A stretch of DNA of 64,000 nucleotides from Candidatus Omnitrophota bacterium (GTDB lineage Bacteria; Omnitrophota; Gorgyraeia; Gygaellales; Profunditerraquicolaceae): the NCBI GenBank assembly GCA_030691865.1, contig JAUYDL010000041.1, positions 758 through 64,757 on the forward strand, in the 5' to 3' direction. Of this stretch, positions 38,271 to 49,422 are shown piece after piece (the stretch's first letter is position 1; each line of letters opens with the position of its first letter). The translations under genes were made by a program, and so were the position numbers. The notes beneath the pieces were generated by a model. It was not told where the DNA came from. It saw nothing but the letters and a program-made list of their open reading frames with translations, and did no database searches.

Positions 38271-38525
38271 TTTTCTACATCCTCTTTAAAGTATATGGAT
38301 TTCTTAATTCAGATTGGACAAATAATCAATCAGAATGGACAATTATAAAGGGAAAAAACACGAAGCTTTCCCGAATTTGTAGCAAGTATTCTCTGCAACT
38401 AACTAAAGAACAAGTAGGTTTCCCAAGAAATCTGATCTTAAGACCGTATGCAAAGGGAAAGCTTCAGTTCTTTCCTTTTAGCTACAGACTTGGGAAAGAA
38501 CTAAAAACACTTGTTGGCTGGTAAT

Positions 38526-38765
38526 CTATAACTTATGGTTTTCATGTACCCTGACCGACCTGATTCTACCTAATTGCGAGCAAAGGTCAAAAACCAAAGT
38601 AGGATCTTCAGTAAGCATATTTACTTGATAATTACAGCTTTCTGCCTGCTTCTGGCAGTCTGTAACAGTCAGATCACTGCCAAATTCTGCCAAGGCGTTC
38701 TTGATGATTTTCGGCGAGCTGTCTTTAGCATGTAAAACAAACTCCAGTACGTATTTTGTAATCAT
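38526..38765 (-). CDS. Small hypothetical protein (possible ACT-like fold)
   Basis: 79 aa; ATGA overlap with pgeF. Confidence 0.65.
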   Translation of the reverse strand: MITKYVLEFVLHAKDSSPKIIKNALAEFGSDLTVTDCQKQAESCNYQVNMLTEDPTLVFDLCSQLGRIRSVRVHENHKL

Positions 38766-39490
38766 TTAAGCATAACCACAGAAATTAATCTCCCCGCAAC
38801 TTGGGCCTCCTTGCGAAATGAAAAAAAGTTATCATCAGAAAAAGTGCAAAGCGCGGGATCGAAAATATTTTCTTTTTTTACTCCACAGTCAACCAGCTGT
38901 CTTTGATTGATCAGCGCGATATCCATAAAAACCCGGCCGTCTTTCTTCAGCAACCCAAAGCCAAAATTACTTTTAAAATCCTTCTCTACTTCAAAACAAC
39001 AGGAACGGATAGACGGGCCAAAACCAACAAATACATCTTTGGGTTGGCTACCAAATTTATTTTGCATGCCCTTAAGCCCCTCCTGCGAGATATTCTGTTC
39101 GGTACTGCGCCAACCAGCATGTAAAATGGCAATCGCCGGCCGCTTGGGATCATAAATAAAAACTGACAGGCAATCGGCAGTTAATATCGCAACGGGCACA
39201 GCTCTCTTATCAGTGATAAAACCATCTATATCGGCAAAAGAACTATCATAATCTAACGCCCCTCTACCCTTATTTTCTTCAGTTACATATTCAATATTTT
39301 TCCCATGTACCTGCTTAGCACAAATCAGACTGCGATAATCAATTCCTATGCTGCCAAGGAATTTTTTACGGTTCTCCAAAGAATTTTTGGTATCTCCGTA
39401 ACATAAAGACATGTTACCATCCTGCCTTCTGCTAAAACAGGCAACTGCCGAATTTATTGCAAATGTTTGTAATGGATTATAAGGCTGCAT
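38762..39490 (-). CDS. pgeF: Peptidoglycan editing factor / purine nucleoside phosphorylase YfiH
   Basis: QVHG, TADCL, HAGWR, GPSI..CCFEV, FFSFR. Confidence 0.93.
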   Translation of the reverse strand: MQPYNPLQTFAINSAVACFSRRQDGNMSLCYGDTKNSLENRKKFLGSIGIDYRSLICAKQVHGKNIEYVTEENKGRGALDYDSSFADIDGFITDKRAVPVAILTADCLSVFIYDPKRPAIAILHAGWRSTEQNISQEGLKGMQNKFGSQPKDVFVGFGPSIRSCCFEVEKDFKSNFGFGLLKKDGRVFMDIALINQRQLVDCGVKKENIFDPALCTFSDDNFFSFRKEAQVAGRLISVVMLK

Positions 39491-39701
39491 CTATCTTTAC
39501 CAGTTTGTCACGCGATTTCTCCCCGGCCTTAATTCTTATTTGATATTTTTTTATTTTTAAATACGCGCTTAACAAATCGATAAGCTGTTTATTGGCCGCA
39601 CCAAAGCAGGCCGGCTTAGTAAGATATACCTTTAGTTTATTGCCTTGCCGCTCAACATGATTACGGCTGGCGCGAGGATTAACGCGGACATCAAAAATCA
39701 T
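39477..39701 (-). CDS. DUF167/YggU family protein
   Basis: VRVNPRAS, G.AN..LI..L, GEKSRDK. Confidence 0.88.
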   Translation of the reverse strand: MIFDVRVNPRASRNHVERQGNKLKVYLTKPACFGAANKQLIDLLSAYLKIKKYQIRIKAGEKSRDKLVKIDAAL

Positions 39702-39708
39702 CTATTAA

Positions 39709-40641
39709 TTATTTGGATGTTATCTGCTTAGTATCACGGATATCCATCAGCCGCTGATTAACTTTATCTAAACGTTTTTCGGCATCGGTATATTTGGTAT
39801 TAGCATTAAGCAGGTGGTTGCCCAGGATATCAAAATCTTCCTTAAACTTATCCGTCTCAATAGAAAGAGCACCTAAACTTTTTAAAATCATCTTAGCATT
39901 CTCTTCTACTTTTAACCCACGCAAACCCATACAGATTACCTGCAGATAGGCGTAAAAAGTATTCGGCGAGACAGGGATCACCTTTTTTAACATACTATAA
40001 GAAAAGATATCCTCTTTGATAATTACTTCATAATAAACATTCTCCGCAGGAATATACATTAGGGCAAAATCATAGGTATTCTCCGCAGGCAGGATGTATT
40101 TTGCGGCGATCTCATTGATGCGGTTTTTTACATCCTGGATAAATTTTTTGCGCAAGACTTCTTTTGTTTGTTCATCGGGCGCCTCCTGCATCTTCTGAAA
40201 GTTCTCTAAACTAAACTTCGCGTCAACCGGAACCAGCCGCTCCCCCAGGCAGATTACCGCATCCACTGCATCTGTACTTTTAAAACGGTATTGCGTATGG
40301 TAGTGCTCCTTAGGTAAAACCTGGGAAAGTAAATTTTCCAGTAAAGTTTCTCCCATTGCCCCGCGGAACTTCGGGGCACGCAGAAGCTCCTGAAGGCTTG
40401 AGATATCCTTACTTATGGCGATAATCTGTTTATTGGTCTCCTCTAATTTTCCCAACTGCTCCCTTACGCTCCCAAAAGCAGAAGTGGCGCTGCCTAAATT
40501 CTGCCCGATGATCTTATTGGCATCCTGAATAGACTGGTTCATCTGATTCAGGCGCTCATTAACCTGAGAGGAAATTTTTAACACCACAGAAATAATAAAT
40601 ACACATAAAGCTAAAAATAAAACTACTATTAACCAGATCAT
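39709..40641 (-). CDS. rmuC: DNA recombination protein RmuC
   Basis: PKFRG.MGE..LE, VDAKF, KYI.P...T.DFALMYIPAE. Confidence 0.92.
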   Translation of the reverse strand: MIWLIVVLFLALCVFIISVVLKISSQVNERLNQMNQSIQDANKIIGQNLGSATSAFGSVREQLGKLEETNKQIIAISKDISSLQELLRAPKFRGAMGETLLENLLSQVLPKEHYHTQYRFKSTDAVDAVICLGERLVPVDAKFSLENFQKMQEAPDEQTKEVLRKKFIQDVKNRINEIAAKYILPAENTYDFALMYIPAENVYYEVIIKEDIFSYSMLKKVIPVSPNTFYAYLQVICMGLRGLKVEENAKMILKSLGALSIETDKFKEDFDILGNHLLNANTKYTDAEKRLDKVNQRLMDIRDTKQITSK

Positions 40642-40708
40642 ACAACCCCCTCCTAAATACTGCCTACTAACTACTATCTACACTAATTATAACATCAATA
40701 GTCTTTTC

Positions 40709-41425
40709 TTAAATCAAATAATCTTTTTTTACTCTTTTTAAGGAACGAAATATGTTCTTTTTTATATCCGGACAAACCTTTTCCAGCTCTTGAATAATGC
40801 GGCCCATCCGGCTGCGGTTAGAAGTAATGGAATGCGGACAAACACAGGTCTGGTGAGCTAACTTTATCTCTTTAGCAAAACGTTTAATCAGGCGCTCTTG
40901 GACATAAGCCAGCGGCCGGATCAGCGTAATCTTACCTTTAAATAACTCCTGCTTGGGCACCATGGTTGATATTTCTCCCCGGAAAAACAAATTTAGCAGC
41001 AGGGTCTCGGCAATATCATCCATATGATGACCCAGGGCGATCTTGGTGCAACCCAGTTTATTAGCGGCCAGGAATAATTCCTTCCTTCTATTCCAAGAGC
41101 ACCAAAAACAGTTAATTTCACCCTTCTTGGTTTTCTTTAGAATATCAGTTTTAATTATTTTATACTCTACATTGAGTTTCTTGAAATATTTTTCTAACTT
41201 TACAGAGATGGATTTAGGATAACCCGTGTCAATGTGTATAGCAATAAGGTTATACTTGATCGGCACAAACGCCTGGCGGTCAATTAACAGCCGCAATAAA
41301 GTTAGGCTGTCTTTACCGCCTGAAACGGCGACTGCGATCTTATCATCGGGGGCAAGCATTTTATAATCCACAATCGCCTTGCCCATGCCCTTAGAGATAT
41401 AATATTCGCTACCCTGTAATGTCAT
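40709..41425 (-). CDS. ttcA: tRNA 2-thiocytidine biosynthesis protein TtcA family
   Basis: SGGKDS, CFWC, ALGHHMDD, IRPL, CVCP. Confidence 0.88.
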   Translation of the reverse strand: MTLQGSEYYISKGMGKAIVDYKMLAPDDKIAVAVSGGKDSLTLLRLLIDRQAFVPIKYNLIAIHIDTGYPKSISVKLEKYFKKLNVEYKIIKTDILKKTKKGEINCFWCSWNRRKELFLAANKLGCTKIALGHHMDDIAETLLLNLFFRGEISTMVPKQELFKGKITLIRPLAYVQERLIKRFAKEIKLAHQTCVCPHSITSNRSRMGRIIQELEKVCPDIKKNIFRSLKRVKKDYLI

Positions 41426-41426
41426 G

Positions 41427-41963
41427 TTATAAATAATCAGTGGGAGCTTTTAAAATAATCTTCAAATTTAGAGCATCAGCTATTTTTTTAAGCGTCCTTA
41501 AGGATATGTTTACATACCCTTGCTCAACGAAAGAAATTGACTGTTGAGATAATCCTGCTTTCTTGGCTAGTTCTACTTGTGTTAAACCGCTCTTTTGCCT
41601 GACCTCCTTGATTTGATCGCATATTATCTTTATTTCAGAGTCAACGCGAAGCGGCCTTTCTTTTATCTCCGTAAACCCCTTAATATTTAAATTTTTTTTA
41701 ACAGCCCTATAAATTTCGTCCCAAAAGATGATGCGGGTATCATTCCATTTATTTTCTCTCATCCTCAGCTTTATCTTTGACCAATTCCTAGCAAAAACTT
41801 CCCGGTTTAGGTAATTATTAAAAACCTCCTTAGGCTTATTAGTCCTTGCCAGCAACAAAGATGAAAACTCAATGAACCTGGGATTAAGCTCATCTCTTAG
41901 TATCCCCCTGGCTTCCTCTATTCTAATTTTTTTATCCCAAAAAATAACAGTATTATCTTCCAT
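41427..41963 (-). CDS. Putative antitoxin with C-terminal XRE/Cro HTH
   Basis: IKEVRQKSGLTQVELAKKAGLSQQSISFVEQG; directly downstream of the AbiEii gene. Confidence 0.8.
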   Translation of the reverse strand: MEDNTVIFWDKKIRIEEARGILRDELNPRFIEFSSLLLARTNKPKEVFNNYLNREVFARNWSKIKLRMRENKWNDTRIIFWDEIYRAVKKNLNIKGFTEIKERPLRVDSEIKIICDQIKEVRQKSGLTQVELAKKAGLSQQSISFVEQGYVNISLRTLKKIADALNLKIILKAPTDYL

Positions 41964-41970
41964 ATATATC

Positions 41971-42675
41971 CTATATCTCTCCTGCTACTATTTTTTCTAC
42001 CTCATTTTTAAAATGACGCTCCATCTCTGAAAATTCTACTTTTTTGTCCGTAATAATTTCCAACAATCCGGTTTTCATCGCAAACCTGTCATAAGTCCTA
42101 AACCATACAATTATACTTTCTTTTTGAGGCTGTTGACAAAACTCGTTAACAAAATTTGACAACGGCATAAAGGTTTTTGACAAGAAGTACAAATCAAAAA
42201 AATCTTTTGCTTCCTGCCTGCCACCGGCAAACGAACTTCTTCCGACAGAATCTACGGTGGCGATACTGCCGCAAGCAGTTAGTATTTTGCGAAAATAAAT
42301 ATCCTCAATCGCGAGAATTGGCGCTCCATCAATATTCTTCAATGGCTTCAATAGCTTATAAACATCTTCCACAAAATCAATTTTTAACGAACTATCATCG
42401 CCTACTTTAAGAGAATAGACCATCATTCTTGCAAAACCCTGCCTATTTTGCTCAGCCAATAGTTCTACTTCTAATCCCATGTCCTTAGAGAGCGCAGAGA
42501 TTATTTCTTCTATATTAGCTCTGGAGAAATCTTTTGTAAAAAAATCCAGATCATAAGATTCCCTGTGCTTAAAATAAAATAAGGATAGGGCAGTTCCCCC
42601 TGCTAAATAAAAATTCCCTAATTTATTTGCCAGTTTTTTTAGAGTTTTATCGCGTACTTCTATTATTTTGTCCAC
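41971..42675 (-). CDS. AbiEii/AbiGii family nucleotidyltransferase toxin
   Basis: FYLAGGTAL, HRES.DLDFF, R...KDFFDL; probable leaderless GTG start at 42675. Confidence 0.88.
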   Translation of the reverse strand: MDKIIEVRDKTLKKLANKLGNFYLAGGTALSLFYFKHRESYDLDFFTKDFSRANIEEIISALSKDMGLEVELLAEQNRQGFARMMVYSLKVGDDSSLKIDFVEDVYKLLKPLKNIDGAPILAIEDIYFRKILTACGSIATVDSVGRSSFAGGRQEAKDFFDLYFLSKTFMPLSNFVNEFCQQPQKESIIVWFRTYDRFAMKTGLLEIITDKKVEFSEMERHFKNEVEKIVAGEI

Positions 42676-42681
42676 AAATGA

Positions 42682-42710
42682 AGTATACATAAAAAAGTTG
42701 ATATTGTCAA
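42682..42710 (-). promoter_or_regulatory. Sigma70 promoter of the AbiEii operon
   Basis: TTGACA (42710-42705), 17-bp spacer, TATACT (42687-42682). Confidence 0.75.
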
Positions 42711-42835
42711 GATAATACTAATGCTGCTTGTATTATGCTTCTTTAATCAACTTTTTGATGTATTAACAACTTTATCCAATTTTTTCGGGGGAAGATCAAA
42801 TCTCGAGTTTACCTACCGGAAGCAAAAGATGGAGA

Positions 42836-44641
42836 TCAATCCCTTCCTGAATCCACAACCATCTTTCGGATTTGTTGATTTACCGGATGTGCAAGTAATT
42901 CCTCAAGGCTAAGCGGAAGCCGCAGGGACCAGTTTTTCGGGCTAATCGTACCCGGGACATTGATCCGATATTGATAGGGATCCCCCTTAAATAAGTCCGC
43001 CAAGCCTAAATAATCCCTTATGGAATTAATACAAAATATTGCCCGAGAATCTAAAATAAATTGAATTACCTTGGCTAATAGTTCCTCACTAGCGGCCTCC
43101 GTCATCGCACCAGAACAACCTAAAATTTTCCAAAGTTTTTCTTTCTCGGCAAAACTATTCTGATAAAACTCAATAAAATCCCCTACCTCTTCTCTTCTTT
43201 TGCCCAGCTCCAAAAGCAACTTATCTATACAATCAATCTCCTTTTTCCAACGCAGGCGTCCATGGAAAGAAAGGGTCATATCGAAGAGCTTTAAACTCAC
43301 CCTGGCAAAATCAATTTTTCGTTCATTGCACTTTCTCATAAATAAACCCTGATCAACTGTACCAGCCTCATACTGCCACCAGGACTTCCAATTAGTCGTA
43401 TCATGAGTTGAAAGCATGGCCACTGCAAGCTGCCGATATTCCTGGGGCCCAAGAAAATCATGACGGATATTCCAATCTTTTACCCAACGCTGCACATCAT
43501 TTCCGCAAATACCAAATTCCAGTAAGGCATCAGTACAGCATTTCGGAATTACACCTAAGTCTTCTGCGCAAAGCAACATTCTGGTATTCTGTACCAAAAC
43601 GCTTAAGATCTTATGGCCATGCTCATCCCAAAGCTGCTCATCAAGCGGATCAAAAACTCCGTTTAACCCCTGATTCTCCTGTGGGTCATTATAAGGTATG
43701 CTCCAAATACGAAAAATCCCAACCACATGGTCAATTCGCAAAATATTATAAAACTCCTGCGCGTATTTTAATTTCTCTTTTATGTAGCGATAATTATCCC
43801 TGGCGATCGCCTCCCAATTATAAGTAGGCATTCCCCAACGCTGCCCTAGAGCCGCATACATATCCGGAGGGGCTCCGGCGGCAAAATCCAGCTTGAAAAA
43901 TTCTAAATGGCTCCAGACATCCGCGCTATCCCGGGAAACCAGAACCGGTAAATCGCCTTTAATTAAAATATTATTGGCGGCGGCATGAGCGCTGGCTTCT
44001 TTAAACTGCTTGAAAAGAATCCACTGCAGCCACATCTGAAAAGCTATTTTCTCGATATTATCCTGCTGGAACTGCCGTAACGCCTCCGGCTGACGGTTTT
44101 TAAAACTCTGCTCCCATTCATACCAAGGCTTACCCTGATGGTGATCCTTTAACACTTTAAAAAGAGCAAAATCAGGCAGCCAATAAGCATTCTTTTGTTG
44201 GAATTCTTCAAAATCAAAAGCCTCGGTTAAATCCGCCTCCAGATAAACCTCCCAAAGTAATTGCAGTTTTTCTGTTTTTAACGCATAGTCAACATAATTA
44301 GCATCCGGGAAAGAAGATTTAAATTTTTTGTCGGAAATTTCAGGAAAATCTTTTAAGCAGATATAAACCGGCTCCAGAGCAAAAGAGCTCAAAGCATCAT
44401 AAGGACAAAAAAGCTCTCCGACTTCATTCATCGGTAGAAGCTGAATAATAGAATTGGCGGTTAATTTTGCCCAATCAATAATCAACTTTAAATCACCCAG
44501 ATCTCCCACACCATAACTATTATTTGAATGGACAGTAAACAGCGGAATTAATACACCGGCGCGCTTTTTAAAACCAATATTCTTCCAATTAGTGTTGGAT
44601 ATACTTTTAGAGAGGAGATCTTGAAGGTTAGACTCAGGCAT
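42836..44641 (-). CDS. malQ: 4-alpha-glucanotransferase (GH77)
   Basis: GVGDLGDL, IQLLP, KGDLP, GAPPD, RIDH, AEDLG, STHD. Confidence 0.93.
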   Translation of the reverse strand: MPESNLQDLLSKSISNTNWKNIGFKKRAGVLIPLFTVHSNNSYGVGDLGDLKLIIDWAKLTANSIIQLLPMNEVGELFCPYDALSSFALEPVYICLKDFPEISDKKFKSSFPDANYVDYALKTEKLQLLWEVYLEADLTEAFDFEEFQQKNAYWLPDFALFKVLKDHHQGKPWYEWEQSFKNRQPEALRQFQQDNIEKIAFQMWLQWILFKQFKEASAHAAANNILIKGDLPVLVSRDSADVWSHLEFFKLDFAAGAPPDMYAALGQRWGMPTYNWEAIARDNYRYIKEKLKYAQEFYNILRIDHVVGIFRIWSIPYNDPQENQGLNGVFDPLDEQLWDEHGHKILSVLVQNTRMLLCAEDLGVIPKCCTDALLEFGICGNDVQRWVKDWNIRHDFLGPQEYRQLAVAMLSTHDTTNWKSWWQYEAGTVDQGLFMRKCNERKIDFARVSLKLFDMTLSFHGRLRWKKEIDCIDKLLLELGKRREEVGDFIEFYQNSFAEKEKLWKILGCSGAMTEAASEELLAKVIQFILDSRAIFCINSIRDYLGLADLFKGDPYQYRINVPGTISPKNWSLRLPLSLEELLAHPVNQQIRKMVVDSGRD

Positions 44642-44649
44642 ATCTTAAA

Positions 44650-45462
44650 TTATCTTAAGGGTAGGATTAACTGAATTATTCTATTTCCCCAAAATAAAGA
44701 CACTAGAGCTGCTATGGAGAGAAATGGGCCATAGGGTATAGTATGATCTTTTTTAGTAATTAAGTTTATAATCCCAGGCACCATACCTAGAAACGGTGCC
44801 AGGAAGAAGGTTAAAATAACCATCTGCCAACCCATAAACGCACCAATCATCGCCAGCAGCTCTACATCACCGAACCCCATAGATTCCTTCTCTCCGTTAA
44901 TCGCCGGTTTCTTAAGTAGTTTAAAATAAACCCAGTTAAAAAGCACTCCGGTGGCATAAATAATCCCCCCGCCGACAATTATTCCTAATGCGGATTTGGC
45001 CATCGGAGAAAAAGTAAATTTTAAGGGACTAAAACTAAAACCGGTCACAGAAACCATGATAAAACCAACAATCATGCCTCCTACGCATACCTCTTCGGGA
45101 ATAACCCGAAGCGGAATATCCACAAAAGTAGCGATCATTAAACACCAAAGCATAACCATATATAAAAAGAATTCATAATTTAAGCCAAAACGGTTAAAAA
45201 GCGCCACCATCAAGAGGGCGGTTAATAGTTCAACCAAAGGATAGCGCAAAGAAATCTTTCCCTGGCAAAAACGGCACCTGCCTTTAAGTAACAGGAAACT
45301 TATAAAAGGAATGTTGTCATAACCCGGTATTCTCTTCTGGCATTTCGGGCAATGCGAGCGCGGCCAAACTACGGATTCGCCTTTAGGCATGCGATGGATA
45401 CAGACGTTTAAAAAACTGCCCACAATAGAACCAAAAATAAAAACAATTATCTTGGCAATCAT
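44650..45462 (-). CDS. pilD: Type 4 prepilin peptidase
   Basis: GSFLNVCIHRMP, SHCPKC, GRCRFC, MGFGD, IPYGPFL. Confidence 0.93.
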   Translation of the reverse strand: MIAKIIVFIFGSIVGSFLNVCIHRMPKGESVVWPRSHCPKCQKRIPGYDNIPFISFLLLKGRCRFCQGKISLRYPLVELLTALLMVALFNRFGLNYEFFLYMVMLWCLMIATFVDIPLRVIPEEVCVGGMIVGFIMVSVTGFSFSPLKFTFSPMAKSALGIIVGGGIIYATGVLFNWVYFKLLKKPAINGEKESMGFGDVELLAMIGAFMGWQMVILTFFLAPFLGMVPGIINLITKKDHTIPYGPFLSIAALVSLFWGNRIIQLILPLR

Positions 45463-46301
45463 TTCCTCATCACTCCTTTCAAAAGCGCCCTTTTCATAAT
45501 ATTAACCGGAGCAGTCCTGCCGCTAAAATGTTTAAAAGCAAAAACCCCCTGGTATAAAAGCATCCCCAGGCCATTGGAAAAATTTAAATTGCGTTCTTTA
45601 GCTAAAGAGATTAACTTTGTCTGAAGCGGACTGTAAATAAGATCATAGACAAACAACCCGGCATGCAGATCTCCAGGAGCAACCAGGCAGGGATCTGTCT
45701 GACGCATCCCAACCGGTGAGGCATTAATCAATAGATCCTTATCCGGTATCTCTAAATCTTCAAAGCGGCTAGCCACGTCAAATTTAGTTTTTGGAAAACT
45801 GGAATTTAATTTCTTAAAGAGGCTCAGGCTTTTAAATTTATCAATATCATAAATGCAAAGCTGAGAAATTTTCATCTTAGCCAAAGCAAAACAGACTGCC
45901 TTAGCCGCTCCCCCTGCTCCGATTAAGGCTACTTTCTTAGGCTTAAGTTTTAAGTCTTTAAGATGCGCCATAAACCCCAGGTAATCCGTATTAAAACCTT
46001 TTAATTTTCCGCCCTTATCCACGACCACAGTATTAGCTGCGCCAATTTCCTTTACACCCGAAGATTTGCTGGCAAGAAACCTGATAATTTCTTCTTTGTA
46101 AGGATGGGTAACATTGAAACCGCAGATATTTTTCTTCTTTAAATCATGCAAGAAACCCCGCAGCTGATCGGGTTTTAACTGGAATAATTCATATTTAGCT
46201 TTTATTTTTAGCGCAGAGAATGCAGCATTGTGCATACAAGGAGAAAGGCTATGCTTGATAGGAAAACCTACTAAACCGTAAAGTTTCGGCTTTAAGGTCA
46301 T
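45459..46301 (-). CDS. aroE: Shikimate dehydrogenase
   Basis: HSLSP.MHN, NVTHPYK, NTD, GAGGAA, GLGMLLYQ. Confidence 0.95.
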   Translation of the reverse strand: MTLKPKLYGLVGFPIKHSLSPCMHNAAFSALKIKAKYELFQLKPDQLRGFLHDLKKKNICGFNVTHPYKEEIIRFLASKSSGVKEIGAANTVVVDKGGKLKGFNTDYLGFMAHLKDLKLKPKKVALIGAGGAAKAVCFALAKMKISQLCIYDIDKFKSLSLFKKLNSSFPKTKFDVASRFEDLEIPDKDLLINASPVGMRQTDPCLVAPGDLHAGLFVYDLIYSPLQTKLISLAKERNLNFSNGLGMLLYQGVFAFKHFSGRTAPVNIMKRALLKGVMRK

Positions 46302-47803
46302 TTAGTTTCGAGTTTGTTAACGGCATCAATGTATGCCTTGACCGCCGCTTCCACAATATCCGTGCTTGAGCCACGGCCGCTTACGATTAAGCCAGAAGCC
46401 TTTAACTTAAGGCTCACTTGGCCCAAGGCATCCTTGCCAGAGGTAACTGCTTCCAGACGAAAATCTTCCAGCTGTGCCTTAAAATTAGTAATTTTATCCA
46501 GGGCTTTAAAACAGGCGTCTACCGGGCCATCGCCAGAAGAAACTTCAGATATATTTTTACCGCCTTTAATCAATACAACCTGGGCTTTTGGCTTAATCTT
46601 GGTGCCGGAATTAATTTCAAAACTATTCAGCTTCCAGATAGGCTTGGCGACGCGGATTTCATCATCGACAATTGCTCTTAGATCATCATCAAAAATATCC
46701 TTTTTCTTGTCGGATAAATCTTTAAAACGGTCAAAGGCTTTATCAACCTGATCCTTGTTTAAATGGAAACCTATTTTTTTTAATCTTTCATTAAAAGCAT
46801 GCCTGCCGGAATGTTTGCCCAAAACCATTCCCTCTACGAGGAAACCTACATCTTCTCCGCGGATAATTTCATAAGTAGAACGCTCTTTAAGTACACCATC
46901 CTGATGAATGCCAGACTCATGCCTGAAGGCATTACCTCCGACGATAGCTTTATTAGGAGCAACTACAAAACCGGTGAGCTTGCTTACCAGGCGGCTAGCT
47001 TTATAAATATTCTTTTTATTTATACCAGTTTTTAAGCCGGAATATATATCTTTGCGCGTATCTATACTCATTACGATTTCTTCAAGAGAAGCATTTCCGG
47101 CGCGCTCTCCTATGCCATTAATAGTGCATTCTACCTGCCGGGCGCCGTTCTTGATCGCCGACAAAGAATTAGCTACCGCCAGGCCTAAATCATTATGACA
47201 ATGCACAGAGATAACTGCCTTATCAATATTAGGCACGTTTTCCTTAATTGCTCTAACTAGCCGGCCATATTCTTCGGGCTCAGTGTAACCTACCGTATCC
47301 GGAATATTAACGGTCGTTGCTCCGGCTTTAATTACCGCTTCAATCACCTGAAAAAGAAAATCTTTCTGGGTGCGCGTTGCATCCTCCGGAGAGAATTCAA
47401 TATCAGAACAAAATTTTTTGGCATAGCTTACTGACTCTACAGCCAGCCGAATAATTTCACCTTCAGCTTTCTTTAACTTATATTGCATATGTATTTTTGA
47501 TGTCGCCAAAAATACATGGATACGCGGCCTCCTGGCAAGCTTGGTTGCCTCTACCGCAGCATCAATATCTTTTTTGATTGCCCGGGCAAGGCCACAGATA
47601 ACCGGAAGTTTGATGGTTCTAGCTATTGCCTGCACTGCCGCAAAATCACCTTTAGAAGAGATGGGGAAACCTGCCTCAATCACATCCACGCCCAGTTTTT
47701 CAAGGGAAAAAGCAATCTCCAGCTTCTGCTGCGGATTTAAAGACGCACCCGGGGCCTGCTCCCCATCCCTTAATGTTGTGTCAAAAATTATTATCTTTTC
47801 CAT
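46298..47803 (-). CDS. leuA: 2-isopropylmalate synthase
   Basis: [34 protein letters not shown], regulatory domain. Confidence 0.95.
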   Translation of the reverse strand: MEKIIIFDTTLRDGEQAPGASLNPQQKLEIAFSLEKLGVDVIEAGFPISSKGDFAAVQAIARTIKLPVICGLARAIKKDIDAAVEATKLARRPRIHVFLATSKIHMQYKLKKAEGEIIRLAVESVSYAKKFCSDIEFSPEDATRTQKDFLFQVIEAVIKAGATTVNIPDTVGYTEPEEYGRLVRAIKENVPNIDKAVISVHCHNDLGLAVANSLSAIKNGARQVECTINGIGERAGNASLEEIVMSIDTRKDIYSGLKTGINKKNIYKASRLVSKLTGFVVAPNKAIVGGNAFRHESGIHQDGVLKERSTYEIIRGEDVGFLVEGMVLGKHSGRHAFNERLKKIGFHLNKDQVDKAFDRFKDLSDKKKDIFDDDLRAIVDDEIRVAKPIWKLNSFEINSGTKIKPKAQVVLIKGGKNISEVSSGDGPVDACFKALDKITNFKAQLEDFRLEAVTSGKDALGQVSLKLKASGLIVSGRGSSTDIVEAAVKAYIDAVNKLETK

Positions 47804-47847
47804 TTTTTTAACCCTACCTAAAATAGTAAATTGCGGTTTCAAGCTTA

Positions 47848-47914
47848 CGCGGGTAACGCGGGAGATGCCTCGAAGCCAAATTTGGCAAGAGGCGCTCCCG
47901 CGGCAGGCCCCGCG
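47848..47914 (+). repeat. Long imperfect hairpin element, copy 2
   Basis: CGCGGG...GCCAAATTTGGC...CCCGCG; homologous to 3638-3705. Confidence 0.75.
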
Positions 47915-47938
47915 AAATCTGATCTCAATTTACTATTT

Positions 47939-48931
47939 TTACTTCTTCATCCAGGGCATCATCTCGCGAAGACTTTTACCCACTTTTTCAATGAGATGAT
48001 CATCCCCGGCTTTGATTAAACTATCAAAATTCTTGCGTCCGGTTTCATTCTCTTTAATCCACTCTCTGGCGAATTTTCCGGATTTAATTTCCTTAAGAAT
48101 CTTTTGCATTTCCTTGCGTGTTTTTTGCGTGATAATTCTGGGCCCGCGGGTTAGGTCACCGTAACAGGCAGTATTAGAAACCCCCCGGCGCATTCCCGAG
48201 ATACCGCGCTCCTGAATAAGATCAGTAATCAATTTTAACTCATGCAAAACCTCAAAATAAGCAATCTCCGGCTGATAACCGGCGTCAATCAAAGTATCAA
48301 AACCAGCCTTAATCAATTCACTTACTCCGCCGCAAAGCACTGCCTGTTCGCCAAAGAGATCAGTTTCCGTTTCCTCATCAAAGGTAGTTTCGATTACCCC
48401 GGCGGTGGTAGCTTTAAGCCCCTTGGCATAAGCTAAGGCTAAATCTTTAGCCTGGCCGCTGGCATCCTGGTAAATAGCAATTAATGCGGGCACGCCCTTG
48501 CCTTCTTCATACATCTTTCTCACTAATGCGCCCGGGCCCTTTGGAGCAACCATAAACACATCTACATTTTTCGGAGGCTTAATCTGTTTAAAACGAATAT
48601 TAAACCCATGCGAAAAACAAAGCGCTTTACCTTTCTTTAAATTCGGCTTAATCGACTCCTGATAAACCTTAGACTGCACATGATCCTGAGTAAGAATCTG
48701 AATGATGTCCGCCGACTTGGCTGCCTGGTCTGCGCTTACGGGAACAAAACCGTCCTTTTTGGCCTGTTCGAAATTAGCCGTCCCCTCCATCTCTGAAACC
48801 ACTACCCTTATTCCTGAATCACGCAGGCATAATGACTGGCCACGGCCTTGGATACCATAACCAATAATTGCCACCGTCTTATCCTTTAATAAATTTAAAT
48901 CCGCATCGCAATCATAATAAATCTTAGCCAT
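47939..48931 (-). CDS. ilvC: Ketol-acid reductoisomerase
   Basis: [36 protein letters not shown]. Confidence 0.97.
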   Translation of the reverse strand: MAKIYYDCDADLNLLKDKTVAIIGYGIQGRGQSLCLRDSGIRVVVSEMEGTANFEQAKKDGFVPVSADQAAKSADIIQILTQDHVQSKVYQESIKPNLKKGKALCFSHGFNIRFKQIKPPKNVDVFMVAPKGPGALVRKMYEEGKGVPALIAIYQDASGQAKDLALAYAKGLKATTAGVIETTFDEETETDLFGEQAVLCGGVSELIKAGFDTLIDAGYQPEIAYFEVLHELKLITDLIQERGISGMRRGVSNTACYGDLTRGPRIITQKTRKEMQKILKEIKSGKFAREWIKENETGRKNFDSLIKAGDDHLIEKVGKSLREMMPWMKK

Positions 48932-48945
48932 TGCTAAACCTCCCT

Positions 48946-49422
48946 TTAATTACTGATTGCCAGTTTTCCTGTTCTCACTAACTCTTTAATCCCGAATTTA
49001 TTCAATTCTTCCAAAAGCTCATTGATCTGATGCTGATCACCCACCGCCTCAATAATTGCAGTATCCGCCTTGTGATGAATAATCTTGCCCACAAATTTAT
49101 TAAAAATTGCCTCAAGGCGAGGCTTATCTTTTGCCAGGAAATTTATTTTTGCCAAAACCAGTTCGCGGTCAAGATGATCTTTCTTGGTAAAATCCGTAAC
49201 CGTAATCACATCGATTAATTTATTCAACTGCTTGTTAATTTGCTCCATGACCTTTTCGTCTTTGGCTTCCACCACAATGGTCATATAGGATATCGCCGGG
49301 TCAAAGGTTTCAGAAACTGCCAAGGAGGCAATATTATAACCCCGCGCGCTAAATAGCCCGGCCACCCGCGCTAAAACTCCGAATTTATTCTCCACTAATA
49401 CTGCTATCGTATGCCGCATCAT
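48946..49422 (-). CDS. ilvN: Acetolactate synthase small subunit
   Basis: [39 protein letters not shown]. Confidence 0.95.
   Translation of the reverse strand: MMRHTIAVLVENKFGVLARVAGLFSARGYNIASLAVSETFDPAISYMTIVVEAKDEKVMEQINKQLNKLIDVITVTDFTKKDHLDRELVLAKINFLAKDKPRLEAIFNKFVGKIIHHKADTAIIEAVGDQHQINELLEELNKFGIKELVRTGKLAISN

Noticed and set aside
38240-38524. 94-aa plus-strand ORF
   Set aside because: It starts at a TTG inside a repeat hairpin and has no recognisable motif; at most decayed sequence
47804-47938. T-box or leucine attenuator before leuA
   Set aside because: No T-box consensus or Leu-rich leader peptide; the hairpin belongs to a dispersed family also found after nrdR
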